DNA of 64,000 bases from positions 640,001 through 704,000 of the forward strand of contig OZ241996.1 in the NCBI GenBank assembly GCA_965204535.1. The letters are read 5' to 3'. This DNA comes from a bacterium (lineage in GTDB: Bacteria; UBA8248). A program made the translations under genes and the position numbers. Shown here piece by piece: positions 1-11,248 of the stretch (its first letter is position 1; every line of letters begins with the position of its first letter). Under the pieces are notes generated by a model. It did not search any database. It was not told the origin of the DNA and saw nothing but the letters and a program-made list of their open reading frames with translations.

Positions 1-71
1 GCGAGGTTCTCGTCCGACAGGTCGTACATGTGAACCACGTTGTCGAAAACGAAGACGTCGCCGTTCAGCAT
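1..71 (-). CDS. 5' fragment of a gene running off the window start, probably amidohydrolase family
   Basis: ATG at 71 preceded by GAGAGGG; reads MLNGDVFVFDNVVHMYDLSDENL, an N-terminal D-x-x-x-H pattern typical of amidohydrolase_2 proteins. Confidence 0.55.
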   Translation of the reverse strand, partial: MLNGDVFVFDNVVHMYDLSDENL

Positions 72-296
72 ATGAGCGTCCCTCTCGGGGTGGTTTTGCC
101 GGATAATCGGGCTGATTCCAAGTCTAAAATATCGCAAAAATCACAAATAGGCCACGGGGTGAAACGGGGTCTGGTGAAAAAAGAGGAATTTCCGAAATGC
201 GGTTGACCATGCGCGCATGAATCTATACATTGCCACCCGATTGGACGAATCAACCCTCTCGATTTCGAGATTTTTTGCTTTTGGGGGAGCAATTTG

Positions 297-974
297 ATGG
301 GCAGGTTCGTGAAAGTCCTGCAATCATCCATCGGCGCGAAAGTCGCCATGGCCGTCACCGGCATTCTTCTGGTCCTGTTCATCATCGCCCACATGCTCGG
401 CAACCTCCTGATGTTCGCAGGTCCCGAGGCGACGAACGCCTATGCGAAGGGGTTGAAGGATCTCGGCGCATTGCTGTGGGTGGCGCGCATAGGGCTTCTT
501 GTCGTGTTCCTGGTGCACATCGGTTCGGCCCTGCGCCTCTGGCGCATGAATCAGGCGGCCCGGCCGCAGGCCTACGCCGTCACCGAATCGACGATGGTCA
601 CCTATGCGGGCCGCTCCATCGTGCTGACGGGCGCCCTGGTGCTGGCTTTCGCCGCCTACCATCTGCTTCATTTCACGCTGTTCGCCACGAACCCCGAATT
701 CGCCCAGCTGCACGACGCGCAGGGACGTCATGACGTCTACCGGATGGTGGTTCTGGGATTCAGGAACACGGCGGTATCGGGCGTGTATCTGGTTTCGATG
801 ATCCTGCTGGGGCTTCACCTGAGCCACGGCGTGACGAGCCTGTTCCAGTCGCTGGGGATCAACAATCCCTCTTACAACCCTTTGATCAAACGGCTGGGCC
901 CCTGGAGCGGCGTGCTCGTTGCGGCCGGCTTCATGGCGATTCCGCTGGCCGTCTTGGCGGGCGTGTTGAAATAG
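297..974 (+). CDS. sdhC: succinate dehydrogenase/fumarate reductase cytochrome b subunit
   Basis: SSIGAKVAMAVTG, HMLGNL, five hydrophobic helices with His ligands; first gene of the sdh operon. Confidence 0.93.
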   Translation: MGRFVKVLQSSIGAKVAMAVTGILLVLFIIAHMLGNLLMFAGPEATNAYAKGLKDLGALLWVARIGLLVVFLVHIGSALRLWRMNQAARPQAYAVTESTMVTYAGRSIVLTGALVLAFAAYHLLHFTLFATNPEFAQLHDAQGRHDVYRMVVLGFRNTAVSGVYLVSMILLGLHLSHGVTSLFQSLGINNPSYNPLIKRLGPWSGVLVAAGFMAIPLAVLAGVLK

Positions 975-998
975 TTCTCCCTTGGTGAGGAGAAGGGT

Positions 999-2924
999 AT
1001 GGATACGAACGGCAGCCTGAACGGAAACGTCCCCGCAGGCCCTCTGGCGGAGAAGTGGGACAATCACCGCTTCAACATGAAGCTCGTGAACCCGGCCAAC
1101 AGACGCCGCTACAAGATTATCGTGGTGGGTTCGGGGCTGGCCGGAGGAGGCGCTGCGGCCACGCTGGGCGAGTTGGGCTACAACGTGGATTGTTTCTGCT
1201 ATCAGGACAGCCCCCGCCGGGCGCACTCCATCGCGGCCCAGGGTGGAATCAACGCCGCCAAGAACTACCAGAACGACGGCGACAGCACCTACAGGCTCTT
1301 CTACGACACCATCAAGGGGGGCGATTTCCGCTCCCGCGAGTCGAACGTCTACCGCCTGGCGCAGGTGAGCGCCAACATCATCGACCAGTGCGTCGCCATG
1401 GGCGTGCCTTTCGCTCGGGAGTACGGCGGGCAGCTCGCGAACCGCTCCTTCGGCGGCGCGCAGGTGTCGAGAACCTTCTACGCCCGGGGCCAGACGGGCC
1501 AGCAGCTTCTCCTGGGCGTTTACGCGGCCCTGAGCCGCCAGGTTGCGGCCGGTACGGTGAAGATGCACTCGCGCACCGAGATGCTCGAAATCGTCCTGGT
1601 CGACGGGCAGGCCAAGGGGGTCGTCACGAGAAACCTCGTGACCGGAGAGATTGAAAAACACGCGGCGGACGTCGTCATCATGGCGACGGGCGGCTACGGG
1701 CCGGTGTTCTACCTCTCGACGAACGCGATGGGGAACAACGTCACCGCCTCGATACGCGCCTATATGAAGGGCGCTTATTTCGCGAACCCGTGCTACACGC
1801 AGATTCACCCCACCTGCATACCCGTTTCGGGGGATCACCAGTCGAAGCTCACGCTCATGTCCGAATCGCTGAGAAACGACGGGCGCATCTGGGTGCCGAC
1901 GAAAGAGGGCGACCCGCGCGGTCCCGCCGAAATACCCGAGGACGAGCGCGATTATTATCTCGAGCGCATGTACCCGAGCTTCGGGAACCTGGCCCCGAGG
2001 GACATCGCCTCGCGCGCGGCGAAAAGAGCGTGCGACGAGGGACGCGGCGTCGGCGATACGGGCCTGGGCGTCTATCTCGATTTCACGGACGCCATCAAGC
2101 GCCTCAGTCTGCCCGTGGTGCAGCAGCGCTACGGCAACCTCTTCGACATGTACGAGAAGATAACGGGCGAGAACGCCTACGAAGTGCCCATGCGCATCTA
2201 CCCGGCCATCCACTACACCATGGGCGGGCTGTGGGTCGACTACAACCTGATGAGCAACATCCCCGGCCTGTTCGTGCTGGGCGAGTCGAATTTCTCGGAT
2301 CACGGCGCGAACCGCCTGGGCGCGAGCGCCCTCATGCAGGGGCTGGCCGACGGCTATTTCGTCGCGCCCTACACGGTGGGGAATTACCTCGCGAGCCAGA
2401 CGCCGGGCGATTATTCCGCCGATTCTTCGGAATTTACGCAAGCCGCCGACGACGTGAAAGACAGGATCAAGCGCGTGCTCTCGATCGACGGCAAGCGCAC
2501 GGTGACTTCGTTCCACCGCGAACTGGGCCTCCTTTGCTGGGAGCATTGCGGAATGGCGCGCACCGATCAGAGCCTGAAGAAGGCGCTCGATCTGATTCCC
2601 GCGCTCAAAGAAGAGTTCTGGCAGAACGTCTCCGTGCCCGGAGGCGGCGACGAACTCAACCCCGAGCTCGAAAAGGCGCTGCGCGTGGCCGATTTCCTCG
2701 AATTCGCGGAACTCATGTGCTACGACGCGCTCCTGCGGGAGGAATCCTGCGGCGGACACTTCCGGGAGGAATACCAGACCGAAGAGGGCGAGGCCCTTCG
2801 CGACGATGAGCATTTCAGCCATGTGAGCGCATGGGAGGCGCCGCGCAACGGCGGGCGCCCGATACTGCACAAGGAAAATCTCGAATTCGAGGAAGTTGAA
2901 TTCAGCGTGAGGAGTTACAAGTAA
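999..2924 (+). CDS. sdhA: succinate dehydrogenase/fumarate reductase flavoprotein subunit
   Basis: GSGLAG FAD motif, [10 protein letters not shown] covalent-FAD His, [26 protein letters not shown]. Confidence 0.96.
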   Translation: MDTNGSLNGNVPAGPLAEKWDNHRFNMKLVNPANRRRYKIIVVGSGLAGGGAAATLGELGYNVDCFCYQDSPRRAHSIAAQGGINAAKNYQNDGDSTYRLFYDTIKGGDFRSRESNVYRLAQVSANIIDQCVAMGVPFAREYGGQLANRSFGGAQVSRTFYARGQTGQQLLLGVYAALSRQVAAGTVKMHSRTEMLEIVLVDGQAKGVVTRNLVTGEIEKHAADVVIMATGGYGPVFYLSTNAMGNNVTASIRAYMKGAYFANPCYTQIHPTCIPVSGDHQSKLTLMSESLRNDGRIWVPTKEGDPRGPAEIPEDERDYYLERMYPSFGNLAPRDIASRAAKRACDEGRGVGDTGLGVYLDFTDAIKRLSLPVVQQRYGNLFDMYEKITGENAYEVPMRIYPAIHYTMGGLWVDYNLMSNIPGLFVLGESNFSDHGANRLGASALMQGLADGYFVAPYTVGNYLASQTPGDYSADSSEFTQAADDVKDRIKRVLSIDGKRTVTSFHRELGLLCWEHCGMARTDQSLKKALDLIPALKEEFWQNVSVPGGGDELNPELEKALRVADFLEFAELMCYDALLREESCGGHFREEYQTEEGEALRDDEHFSHVSAWEAPRNGGRPILHKENLEFEEVEFSVRSYK

Positions 2925-3670
2925 TGGACCTCACCCTCAGGGTTTGGCGGCAAAAGGATGCCCAGTCGACGGGAACGCTTGAGACCTACCAGATAAGCGG
3001 CATCATCCCCGACATGTCTTTCCTGGAAATGCTCGACGTGACGAACGAGCGTCTCATCGAGGAGGGCAAGGAACCCATCGCCTTCGATCACGATTGCCGC
3101 GAGGGCATCTGCGGCGCGTGCTCGCTCGTCATCAACGGAAGAGCGCACGGGGGATTCTCCGGAACCACCACCTGCCAGCTTCACATGAGAAAATTCAACG
3201 ACGGCGATACCATCACGGTCGAGCCCTGGCGGGCGAGCGCTTTCCCGGTATTGAAGGACCTGGTGGTGGATCGCACCTCGTTCGACCGTATCATCCAGGC
3301 GGGCGGGTTCATCTCGGCAAACACGGGCGGTGCGCCGGACGGCAACGCTGTCCCCATCCCCAAGCCCGACGCAGATGCGGCCATGGACGCGGCCGCCTGC
3401 ATCGGCTGCGGTGCCTGCGCGGCGTCGTGCCCGAACGGCTCGGCCATGCTCTTCGTGGCGGCGAAGGTCTCCCACCTGGCGCACCTGCCGCAAGGGATGC
3501 CCGAGCGCGGCCAGAGGGTGCTCAGCATGGTCGCCCAGATGGATGAAGAGGGCTTCGGCAACTGCACCAACCACGCCGAGTGCGAGGCCATGTGCCCCAA
3601 GGACATCAGCATCAGCCACATCGCCAAGATGAACCGCGAGTTCATCCGCGCGACCGTGAGAGGCGAATAA
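2924..3670 (+). CDS. sdhB: succinate dehydrogenase/fumarate reductase iron-sulfur subunit
   Basis: [16 protein letters not shown]...[14 protein letters not shown]; start overlaps the sdhA stop. Confidence 0.96.
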   Translation: MDLTLRVWRQKDAQSTGTLETYQISGIIPDMSFLEMLDVTNERLIEEGKEPIAFDHDCREGICGACSLVINGRAHGGFSGTTTCQLHMRKFNDGDTITVEPWRASAFPVLKDLVVDRTSFDRIIQAGGFISANTGGAPDGNAVPIPKPDADAAMDAAACIGCGACAASCPNGSAMLFVAAKVSHLAHLPQGMPERGQRVLSMVAQMDEEGFGNCTNHAECEAMCPKDISISHIAKMNREFIRATVRGE

Positions 3671-3696
3671 GCCTTACTTTTCAGTCGCTTATAATG

Positions 3697-3724
3697 AGGC
3701 TCCCCCGCGCGGGGAGCCTTTTTT
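3697..3724 (+). terminator. intrinsic terminator after sdhB
   Basis: AGGCTCCCC-cgcgc-GGGGAGCCT followed by a T tract. Confidence 0.85.
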
Positions 3725-3892
3725 GTTGGTTGTGGAAATACTAGAGTTCACCGAAAACGTCGGATCTAGCGCATGGTTTTAGGCACCGAGGCCATGCGGA
3801 GAGGAGACAGGCAAAGCATTCGTATCGTTTGACAATCAACCGGTTGTTGCTGGAAATTACCCCAAGATGTTGTTGATTATTGGGACTCATTT

Positions 3893-4090
3893 TTGGTGGT
3901 GGTTATGAGAAAGCTTGTTCGAAATGTGCAGAGCGACGGCGCGGACAAGGGCGTAGAGGCTCTGGTGCGTGCGGCTCAAGAGGGGATGTCCGAGCAAGAT
4001 AAGATAGAAAATCGGAATGACTATCTTGCTAAGGGATGTTCACACGATACAGTCAGCAAACTTTTTCCCGACTTGCCTCCGCTTCCATAG
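3893..4090 (+). CDS. small hypothetical protein (uncertain)
   Basis: 65-aa ORF in a lower-GC intergenic stretch; no recognisable motif. Confidence 0.3.
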   Translation: MVVVMRKLVRNVQSDGADKGVEALVRAAQEGMSEQDKIENRNDYLAKGCSHDTVSKLFPDLPPLP

Positions 4091-4247
4091 CTAGCCGTAC
4101 CTTCCGATTGTTCTCGCTTGTTCGACGAACGCGCCCCCGCCCCCCAAGTCGCACGCATCCCCCCGTTTTCAATCCCGGCGATATGTACTATGCTATGAGC
4201 ATTCGATAGGAACCTGTCCATCTATTCTCATGCAGAGGGGTGAAGCC

Positions 4248-4985
4248 ATGTGCGCACAACAAGTAGAGATTCTTGATCGCTCCGAGATGACGGATCAGTT
4301 GAAGGAAATGATATCGCTCGATCCCAAAGAAACCACCATCGTCACCATCGACATGCACCGGGGGCATCTCGACCCCGAAGTCGCCACCATGCCGGCGAGT
4401 GACGAGGATTGCGAGAGCGTCATCAGCGCGGCAGAGGAACTCCTCGGTTTCGCCAGAAGCCACGGAATTCCCGTCGTCCACGTGAAGCTCATCTTCCGGA
4501 AGATTCCCGGCCTCGGAAGCGAGGGCATGCGGGTCCACTTCTGGAAGGCGCTCCACGACATTCAGGACGAGAAGAACCGCCTCACCCTGGGGCGCAAGAG
4601 CACGGTGAACGACCACAACATCATGGGCGAGGTGACGACCGAGATGATTCCCTCTCTCGTGGAAGAGGGCGACTACGTCATCGACAACAAAAAGCGCCTC
4701 GACTGCTTCATGGGAACGGACCTCCAGATGCTCCTGGACTCGCTGGGCACGAAGAACGTCTGCCTCATGGGCATCAACACGAACACATGCGTTCTGAACA
4801 CGGCCTTCACCGCCTTCAACTACGACTACCGGGTGGTGATGCTCTCCGACTGCGTGAAGAGCATGTACGGGCCGGATCTGCACGTCTTCGGGATGCAGAA
4901 CGTCATGCGCTGCCTCGGCTGGGTGTTCGACAACGAGGAGTTCATGGATAAAGTCGCCGAGGGCGCCGAGGGCAAAAAGAGCTGA
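4248..4985 (+). CDS. cysteine hydrolase (isochorismatase family)
   Basis: Asp-Lys-Cys triad motifs IDMHR, KKRLDCF, GINTNTCV. Confidence 0.88.
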   Translation: MCAQQVEILDRSEMTDQLKEMISLDPKETTIVTIDMHRGHLDPEVATMPASDEDCESVISAAEELLGFARSHGIPVVHVKLIFRKIPGLGSEGMRVHFWKALHDIQDEKNRLTLGRKSTVNDHNIMGEVTTEMIPSLVEEGDYVIDNKKRLDCFMGTDLQMLLDSLGTKNVCLMGINTNTCVLNTAFTAFNYDYRVVMLSDCVKSMYGPDLHVFGMQNVMRCLGWVFDNEEFMDKVAEGAEGKKS

Positions 4986-5095
4986 TTCCCCCGCGCTCGA
5001 AATAGAGCGTAATTCGATTTTCGCAGGCGGGCCGCAGCGGCCGCGCGATGGCCCAAGAGCGGCTTTTCGACTATTCACAGAAGAGGATTACCAAG

Positions 5096-5890
5096 ATGCC
5101 GAAAGTTCAGGTGGGTGATGTAGAGCTTTACTATGAGGATTACGGAGAGGGCGTTCCCGTCGTTCTCATCCATGGCCTCGCGGGCGATTGCAGCGCGTGG
5201 AAGGCGCAAATCGAGAGCCTGGAGAAGAACTACCGCGTGCTGGCCTTCGACAACCGCGGAGCGGGCAGGAGTTCCGCGCCCGATTATCCCTACACGTCGA
5301 GCCATTTCGCGGCCGACACCATCGGCCTGATGGACGCGGTGGGCATCACCGAGCCCGCGCACGTCATCGGACGCTCGATGGGGGGAGCCATCGCCCAGAT
5401 GATGGCGCTCGACTACCCCGACCGCGTGCGCAGCCTTCTCATCACCGCCTCTTTCGGCAAGCTGGACAGATACGGCTACCAGATCCTCTACAACATCAAC
5501 GAGGTGGTGAAGGCCCAGGGCTACGGACCGGCCGCGATGCACCAATCGCTCTTCTTCTTCCCGCCTCACTATTTCAACGAGAACAAGGAGCAACTCGACG
5601 CGTTCGAGGCGGGGCTCGGCAATACGGATCGCCCTATCCCCGGCTATGTGAATTCCACCCACGCCTGCCTGACGCACGACGCGCTCGACAGGCTCCACGA
5701 GGTGAAGTGCCCCACACTGGTGCTCGCGGGCGGGCAGGACGTGCTGTGCGCGGCGAGCGCCTCGCAGCAGATTGCCGACCGCGTGCCGGGTTGTGAGATC
5801 AAGATTTACGAGGAGGCGAGCCACTTCTTCCTCATCCAGTGCTTTGAGGAATCCTTGCACGACATCGAGGATTTTCTGGCGAGAAACTAA
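5096..5890 (+). CDS. alpha/beta hydrolase
   Basis: HGLAG, DNRGAGRS, GRSMGG nucleophile elbow, C-terminal SH. Confidence 0.9.
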   Translation: MPKVQVGDVELYYEDYGEGVPVVLIHGLAGDCSAWKAQIESLEKNYRVLAFDNRGAGRSSAPDYPYTSSHFAADTIGLMDAVGITEPAHVIGRSMGGAIAQMMALDYPDRVRSLLITASFGKLDRYGYQILYNINEVVKAQGYGPAAMHQSLFFFPPHYFNENKEQLDAFEAGLGNTDRPIPGYVNSTHACLTHDALDRLHEVKCPTLVLAGGQDVLCAASASQQIADRVPGCEIKIYEEASHFFLIQCFEESLHDIEDFLARN

Positions 5891-6008
5891 AACGAGCGGG
5901 GAGCGGGCGCAGTTTCCGCCCTCCTGATTTTCAGATCGCATCGCGGCGGGTCCGGCGGGCTCGCCGCGATGGTGGTTGTTGGGGGTGATTTTCGGGAGAT
6001 TTCTCTAC

Positions 6009-7202
6009 ATGGCTAAATTTACGGATCCCATCGAAGTCCGAGGGCAGCGCATCAAGCACCGCATCCTCATGTCCGCGATGACGACCTCGCGCGCAGAAGA
6101 GGACGGCGCGCCCTCCGCCTGGTCGCACGCGCACTACAAGGCCCGCGCCCGGGGAGGCGCCGCGGTTTGCTTCACCGAGGCGACCTACGTCAACCAGGAG
6201 GGGAAGGGCTTTCCCAACCAGTTGAGCACGCATGACGACGCGCACGTCCCCGCCCTTCGTGAGTTGATACGGGCGGTGGAAGACGCCGGCGCGCTGCTCG
6301 CGGTGCAGATTTATCACGCGGGCAGGACGGCGCTCAGCGCCATCACGGGCATGGAACCCGTGGGGCCTTCTCCCATCCCGCATCCCACCGAAGACGAGGT
6401 GCCGCGCGAGATGAGCGAGGCGGATGTCAAAACAGCGGTTCAGGCTTATGGCGACGCGGCGCGCAGGGTGCGCGAGGCGGGGGGAAAGATTCTCGAGATT
6501 CACGGGGCCACCTGGTATCTGTGCCAGCAGTTCTTCTCCCCGGCCTCGAACCAGCGGACGGACGGCTACGGCGGCGCGCTTGAGAACCGCATGCGCTTCC
6601 CGCTCGAAGTGGCGCAGGCCGTGCGCGAGGGCGGGGGAGACGAGATGGTGGTGAGCTACCGCCTGGGACTCCTCGAGCCCTTCGAGAACGGCTTCACGGT
6701 GGAGGACACGCTGGCTCTTGCGCCCGCGCTCGTGGAGGCGGGGGTCGACATCCTCCATTGCTCGCGAAACGCGCGCGTCGGGCTGCCCGTGATGCCCGAT
6801 TTGTACAACCCCGCTTTCGACAGGCTGCGCAAGGCGGTGGACGTACCCCTGGTCGCGAACGGGGCTGCCTTCGAGCCTGCGCGGATACAGGCGTATCTCG
6901 ACGGGGGCGCTGATTTCGTCGGTGTGGGGCGGGCCCTGCTCACGGATCCGGACTATGCGAACAAGGCGCTCGCCGGACGGGACGGGGAAGTCATCCGCTG
7001 CATCGAGTGCAAGCCGTGCGCCTTCATGGCGAACAGCAAGTGCCCCGACGAGGCCTATCCCTCGGGAATCCCCGAATCGATGGGCGAGGTGCTCGAAATC
7101 GCCGCCACGATGGCCGGCGGCGGCTACGCGCCCACGGCGAAAAAGCGTTTGACCACCGATGCGCCGATCGAAGAGCAACCCGAGGGTTCGTCTATCTCCT
7201 GA
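6009..7202 (+). CDS. NADH:flavin oxidoreductase (old yellow enzyme family) with C-terminal Cys cluster
   Basis: QIYHAGR, SNQRTDGYGGALENRMRF, VGR, CIECKPC..C. Confidence 0.88.
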   Translation: MAKFTDPIEVRGQRIKHRILMSAMTTSRAEEDGAPSAWSHAHYKARARGGAAVCFTEATYVNQEGKGFPNQLSTHDDAHVPALRELIRAVEDAGALLAVQIYHAGRTALSAITGMEPVGPSPIPHPTEDEVPREMSEADVKTAVQAYGDAARRVREAGGKILEIHGATWYLCQQFFSPASNQRTDGYGGALENRMRFPLEVAQAVREGGGDEMVVSYRLGLLEPFENGFTVEDTLALAPALVEAGVDILHCSRNARVGLPVMPDLYNPAFDRLRKAVDVPLVANGAAFEPARIQAYLDGGADFVGVGRALLTDPDYANKALAGRDGEVIRCIECKPCAFMANSKCPDEAYPSGIPESMGEVLEIAATMAGGGYAPTAKKRLTTDAPIEEQPEGSSIS

Positions 7203-7324
7203 GTTTCACATTGCAAACTATTGATAACGAATGGTTTTGAAGGTTTTTGGGATTCGATGAGGAAGCGAAGCCCGAATGTGCCCGCCCAGTTTTTGTCTAA
7301 ACGGTTCGTAGGAAATGCAGGCGG

Positions 7325-7735
7325 AGTTGTTGAGAAAGTCCCAAGGGGGGACAGCATCCCAATTATCGAATTGTTCACCGTAGGGACAGGTCGCGACCTG
7401 TCCCTACAGAACCATCGCGCCCTGCGCAGCGCCATCCGATGAACTCGCTTTTCCTCTCCGACATGTTTGCCACCGCCGTCATTCCGGCGAAAGCCGGAAT
7501 CCATTTTCAAGCAGAATGACAATGCTCCAGCTTTCCATCTCCCCATTGTTGGCGGGAACCAATCAGAAAAGGAAAAACAAAGGCAAAACAAAATGGATTC
7601 CGGCTTTCGCCGGAATGACGAGCAAAGCCGCCCTGCTTCGCAGGAAAAGGTCGTAACGACGGACAACCACGGGGGGTTGTCCCTACGGTCCGTCACTCGT
7701 TAGGGTGTGTAGGGACAGGCCCCCGTGCCTGTCCT
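7325..7735. repeat. mosaic of REP-like palindromes beginning with one unpaired MITE-like end
   Basis: AGTTGTTGAGAAAG end, GTAGGGACAGG..CCTGTCCCTAC units and an inverted doublet of GTCATTCCGGCGAAAGCCGGAATCC; lies between convergent genes. Confidence 0.85.
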
Positions 7736-8500
7736 CTAAGTATCTCTGGGGTCATCCGCTCCCTCGCCTCGATCCCCGAAGAGCGACCCCTGAAGCTGTG
7801 GCGGCTCCTTCTCCTCTTCGCGTCTTTCGGTACACGCCGCATCGTCGTTCCTCGGGCTGTTCACCCGCTCGCTCACCGGATAATACGAAAAGGCGTCTGA
7901 GGGGTAGGGCTTGAGAAACGGCTGAAGAACCTTCGCGCGGTTCTCGCGCGGGTTCAGCCAGTCCGCATAGGACGCCTCGGGCAGGATGACGGGCATCCGG
8001 TGATGCAGTTCGGCCAGCTTCTCGTTCGCCTGAGTCGTCAGGATCGTGCAGGTCTCGAGAACGCTCCCGTCCGCCCCGGTCCAGCTCTCCCAAAGACCCG
8101 CGAACGCGAAGGGTTTTCCGTTTTCCAGATGAATGAAGAAGGGCTGTTTTTTTCTCCCGCTCCCCGCCCACTCGTAAAAGCCGTCCGCGGGGATGAGGCA
8201 CCTCCTGTAGCGGAATGCGGCGCGGAAGGCGGGTTTCTCGGCGGCCGTCTCTGAGCGCGCGTTTATCGTCCTGGCCCCGAAATCCGCGTCTTTCGCCCAG
8301 AAGGGCACCAGGCCCCAGCGGGCGAGGGCGAGTTCACTCTCATTCTTCCCTCCGGATTCTCGCGCTCGGACGATGGCGACCTCCGTCCCCGGCGAGACGT
8401 TGTAGCGGGGCGGAAGCTCGCCCACTTTTTCGGGGTTTTCCAGCCCCAGGATTTCCGCGAGCCAGGGTATGGGTTCGATAAGGGTGAAGCGTCCGCACAT
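7736..8500 (-). CDS. SOS response-associated peptidase (SRAP/YedK/HMCES family)
   Basis: N-terminal MCGRF, RYNVSP, WGL, NARSET, RRCLIPADGFYEW, HHRMP. Confidence 0.95.
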   Translation of the reverse strand: MCGRFTLIEPIPWLAEILGLENPEKVGELPPRYNVSPGTEVAIVRARESGGKNESELALARWGLVPFWAKDADFGARTINARSETAAEKPAFRAAFRYRRCLIPADGFYEWAGSGRKKQPFFIHLENGKPFAFAGLWESWTGADGSVLETCTILTTQANEKLAELHHRMPVILPEASYADWLNPRENRAKVLQPFLKPYPSDAFSYYPVSERVNSPRNDDAACTERREEEKEPPQLQGSLFGDRGEGADDPRDT

Positions 8501-8503
8501 CGT

Positions 8504-9550
8504 CTACAAACCCCGCCAGGCGACGCCGTTCACCACGCCCAGGGGCGCTTCGCCGGCCAGTGCGCGGTGGATGTTCTCGAAGTAAACCTCGATTTCCCGG
8601 ATGATGTTTTCATCGTCCCCGCCCGCGCAGTGCGGCGTGGGAATGACGTTCGGCAGACGCAGCAGCGGGTGTTCGGGCGGAAACGGCTCGGGGTCGAAAA
8701 CGTCCAGCCCGGCTCCGCCCAGGTGGCCGTCTGTGAGCGCGCGATACATCGCCTCCTGATCGATCAGCGGCCCGCGCCCGATGTTCAGGATGTATGCCCC
8801 TTTGGGCAGGGCGCGAATCTCCTCCTCACCGATGATGCCGCGCGTCTCCTCGTTCAAGGCGACGCCGACCAGGAGCGCGTCTGCGTTTTGGAACAACTCA
8901 TCACGCGCAACGGATCGCGCGCCGAGCGCATCGTCCACGGATTCGGGCAGCGGCGTACGGTTCCAATACTGAATCTCCATCCCGAACGCGCGGGCGCGCA
9001 GGGATACGCCGCGTCCGATGTCGCCCATGCCCAGAACGCCCAGGCGGGCGCCGCGCAGCGGGGCGATTCCCTGCGTTTGCGTCCAGTTGAACGCGCTGCC
9101 GTCGGCTCTCTGGGGGGATGGGGGATTGTCCGAACCCTCGCGGGCGTCGCGCGTCGCGCCTTCGAAATTTCTCTTGAGTGCCAACAGCATCATCATGGTG
9201 TGGTCCGCCACCGAGTCGGTGATCGGCATCGGGAAGGTCATCACGGGTACGCCCGCCCGTGTGGCGCGCTCGATTTGCAGTTTCTCGAAGAAATAGCCGC
9301 CCGCCTGGATGAGTTTCAGCTTTTTCGCGCGCTCGTAAAAACCCTCGGGCAGCGGGTCGTTCTCGCAGAGAAAGAAATCCGCCTCCTCCATCGCCGCCAT
9401 CCGCTTTCCGGCGTCGGGCTCGATGATGAGTTCGATTTTCTCCTCATCCATCGCACGGGTCATGCGCTCTTCAATCGCAGGCGAGAAGGGCCTGCCGCGC
9501 AGGGCGCGGATGCAGGGCAGCATGCGTGCGACGACGCGGACCCGGCGCAT
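8504..9550 (-). CDS. D-isomer specific 2-hydroxyacid dehydrogenase
   Basis: GMGDIG NAD motif, NIGRG, LDVFDPEP, TPH; start uncertain. Confidence 0.88.
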   Translation of the reverse strand: MRRVRVVARMLPCIRALRGRPFSPAIEERMTRAMDEEKIELIIEPDAGKRMAAMEEADFFLCENDPLPEGFYERAKKLKLIQAGGYFFEKLQIERATRAGVPVMTFPMPITDSVADHTMMMLLALKRNFEGATRDAREGSDNPPSPQRADGSAFNWTQTQGIAPLRGARLGVLGMGDIGRGVSLRARAFGMEIQYWNRTPLPESVDDALGARSVARDELFQNADALLVGVALNEETRGIIGEEEIRALPKGAYILNIGRGPLIDQEAMYRALTDGHLGGAGLDVFDPEPFPPEHPLLRLPNVIPTPHCAGGDDENIIREIEVYFENIHRALAGEAPLGVVNGVAWRGL

Positions 9551-9553
9551 GGC

Positions 9554-11248
9554 TTATTCCGTCTTTCTCAGGAAACCGAAGTCACAGCCATCGGGCGCCT
9601 GGAGCACGTTCTCGATGAACAGCCTGCCGTAGCCCCTGTCGTAATGAGGCGGCACAGGCTCGAGCGTGGCGCGGCGGCGCTGGAGTTCTTCTTCGGGGAC
9701 GTTGAGATCCAGCCTCCGGTTCGGGACGTCCAGGGTGATCATGTCCCCGTCCCGGACGAGGGCGAGGGGGCCTCCAGCAGCCGCCTCGGGCGCCACGTGC
9801 AGCACGATGGTTCCCGACGCCGTCCCGCTCATGCGCGCGTCCGAAATGCGCACCACGTCGCGCACGCCCGCTTCGAGCAGCTTCTTGGGCAGCGGCAGGG
9901 AGCCTGCCTCCGGGAAGCCGGGCGCGCCGATGGGGCCCGTGTTCTGGAGCACGAAGACGCTCTCCGCCGTGGCGGGGAGGTCGGGGTCGTCGATCCGCTC
10001 GATCAAATCCTGCTGGGATGAGAATACGACTGCAGGCCCCGTATGCGTCAGCAGATCGGGGTCCGCCGCTGAAATCTTGATGACCGCCCCATCGGGCGCG
10101 AGCGAGCCCTTGACGATGACGAGGCCGCCTTCTTCCGATATGGGTTCCTCCCGCGTGTAGATGACGTCCTGCCAGGGCTGCGCCCCTTGGATTTTCGAGA
10201 GGTTTTCCGTCACGGTCTCTCCGGTCACCGTCAGGCAGTCCCCGTGGAGCAGGGGTTCGAGTTCCTTCATCACCACGGGGATGCCGCCCGCAGCAGCCAA
10301 GTCCTCCATCAGGTATTTCTTCCCCGATGGGCGGATGTTGCCGATCATGGGCGTTGTGCGCGAGATGTCATCGAACAGCGATAGCGGGAGGTCGATGCCC
10401 AGGCGTCCGGCGATGGCGGGCAGGTGGACGACGGCGTTCGTCGAGCCGCCCACGGCCATCAGCACGCGGATGGCGTTCTCGAACGCCTCGCGCGTCATGA
10501 TTTTCTCGGGCGTGATGTCTTTTTCGATCAACCCGGTGATGCGCCGCCCGCTTTGCTCCGCGAGGCGCATGCGGTTCGAGTTCACCGCCGGGACCGCCGC
10601 GAGACCCGGCAGCATCATGCCCATCGCCTCGGTGAGGGACGCCATCGTGCTCGCCGTGCCCATCACCATGCAGGTGCCCGTGGACGGGAAGAGCGAACCC
10701 TGGACCTCTTCGAGGCGCGCGTCGTCATAGTTGCCCGCCCGGTATTCCGCCCACGTCCCCCGGCAGTCCGAGCACGCGCCCAGTACCTTGTCCTCGAAGC
10801 GTCCGCCGATCATCGGCCCCGCCGTCACGCAGATGGCGGGCATCCCGGCGCTGGCCGCGCCCATGAGTTGCGCGGGGAGCGTCTTGTCGCAGCCGCCGAG
10901 CAGCACCACCCCGTCCATGGGCTGGCCCTTGATCATCTCTTCGGTGTCCATCGAGAGGAGGTTCCGGAAGAACATGGCAGTCGGATTCATGTACATCTCG
11001 CCCAGGGAGATGGTGGGAAACTCCAGCGGCAGGCCGCCCGATTGCCAGACGCCGCGCTTGACGGCCTCGGCGATCTCGCGCAGGTGGCGGTGGCAGGGGT
11101 TGAGTTCGCTCCAGGTCTGGGCGATGCCGACGATGGGCTTTTCCAGGTCCTCTTTCGTCAGGCCGAACCCCCGCGCGTAGGCGCCCCTTGCGAAAACGCT
11201 GAAGCCCGGGTCGCCATAGTTCGTCAGTCCTCTCAGGTGTCCCCGCAT
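9554..11248 (-). CDS. dihydroxy-acid/sugar-acid dehydratase (IlvD/Edd family)
   Basis: ELNPCH, GGCDKT, CMVMGTASTM, GGSTN, SDARMSGT, HVAPEAA; DARMSG is the sugar-acid dehydratase subtype. Confidence 0.92.
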   Translation of the reverse strand: MRGHLRGLTNYGDPGFSVFARGAYARGFGLTKEDLEKPIVGIAQTWSELNPCHRHLREIAEAVKRGVWQSGGLPLEFPTISLGEMYMNPTAMFFRNLLSMDTEEMIKGQPMDGVVLLGGCDKTLPAQLMGAASAGMPAICVTAGPMIGGRFEDKVLGACSDCRGTWAEYRAGNYDDARLEEVQGSLFPSTGTCMVMGTASTMASLTEAMGMMLPGLAAVPAVNSNRMRLAEQSGRRITGLIEKDITPEKIMTREAFENAIRVLMAVGGSTNAVVHLPAIAGRLGIDLPLSLFDDISRTTPMIGNIRPSGKKYLMEDLAAAGGIPVVMKELEPLLHGDCLTVTGETVTENLSKIQGAQPWQDVIYTREEPISEEGGLVIVKGSLAPDGAVIKISAADPDLLTHTGPAVVFSSQQDLIERIDDPDLPATAESVFVLQNTGPIGAPGFPEAGSLPLPKKLLEAGVRDVVRISDARMSGTASGTIVLHVAPEAAAGGPLALVRDGDMITLDVPNRRLDLNVPEEELQRRRATLEPVPPHYDRGYGRLFIENVLQAPDGCDFGFLRKTE

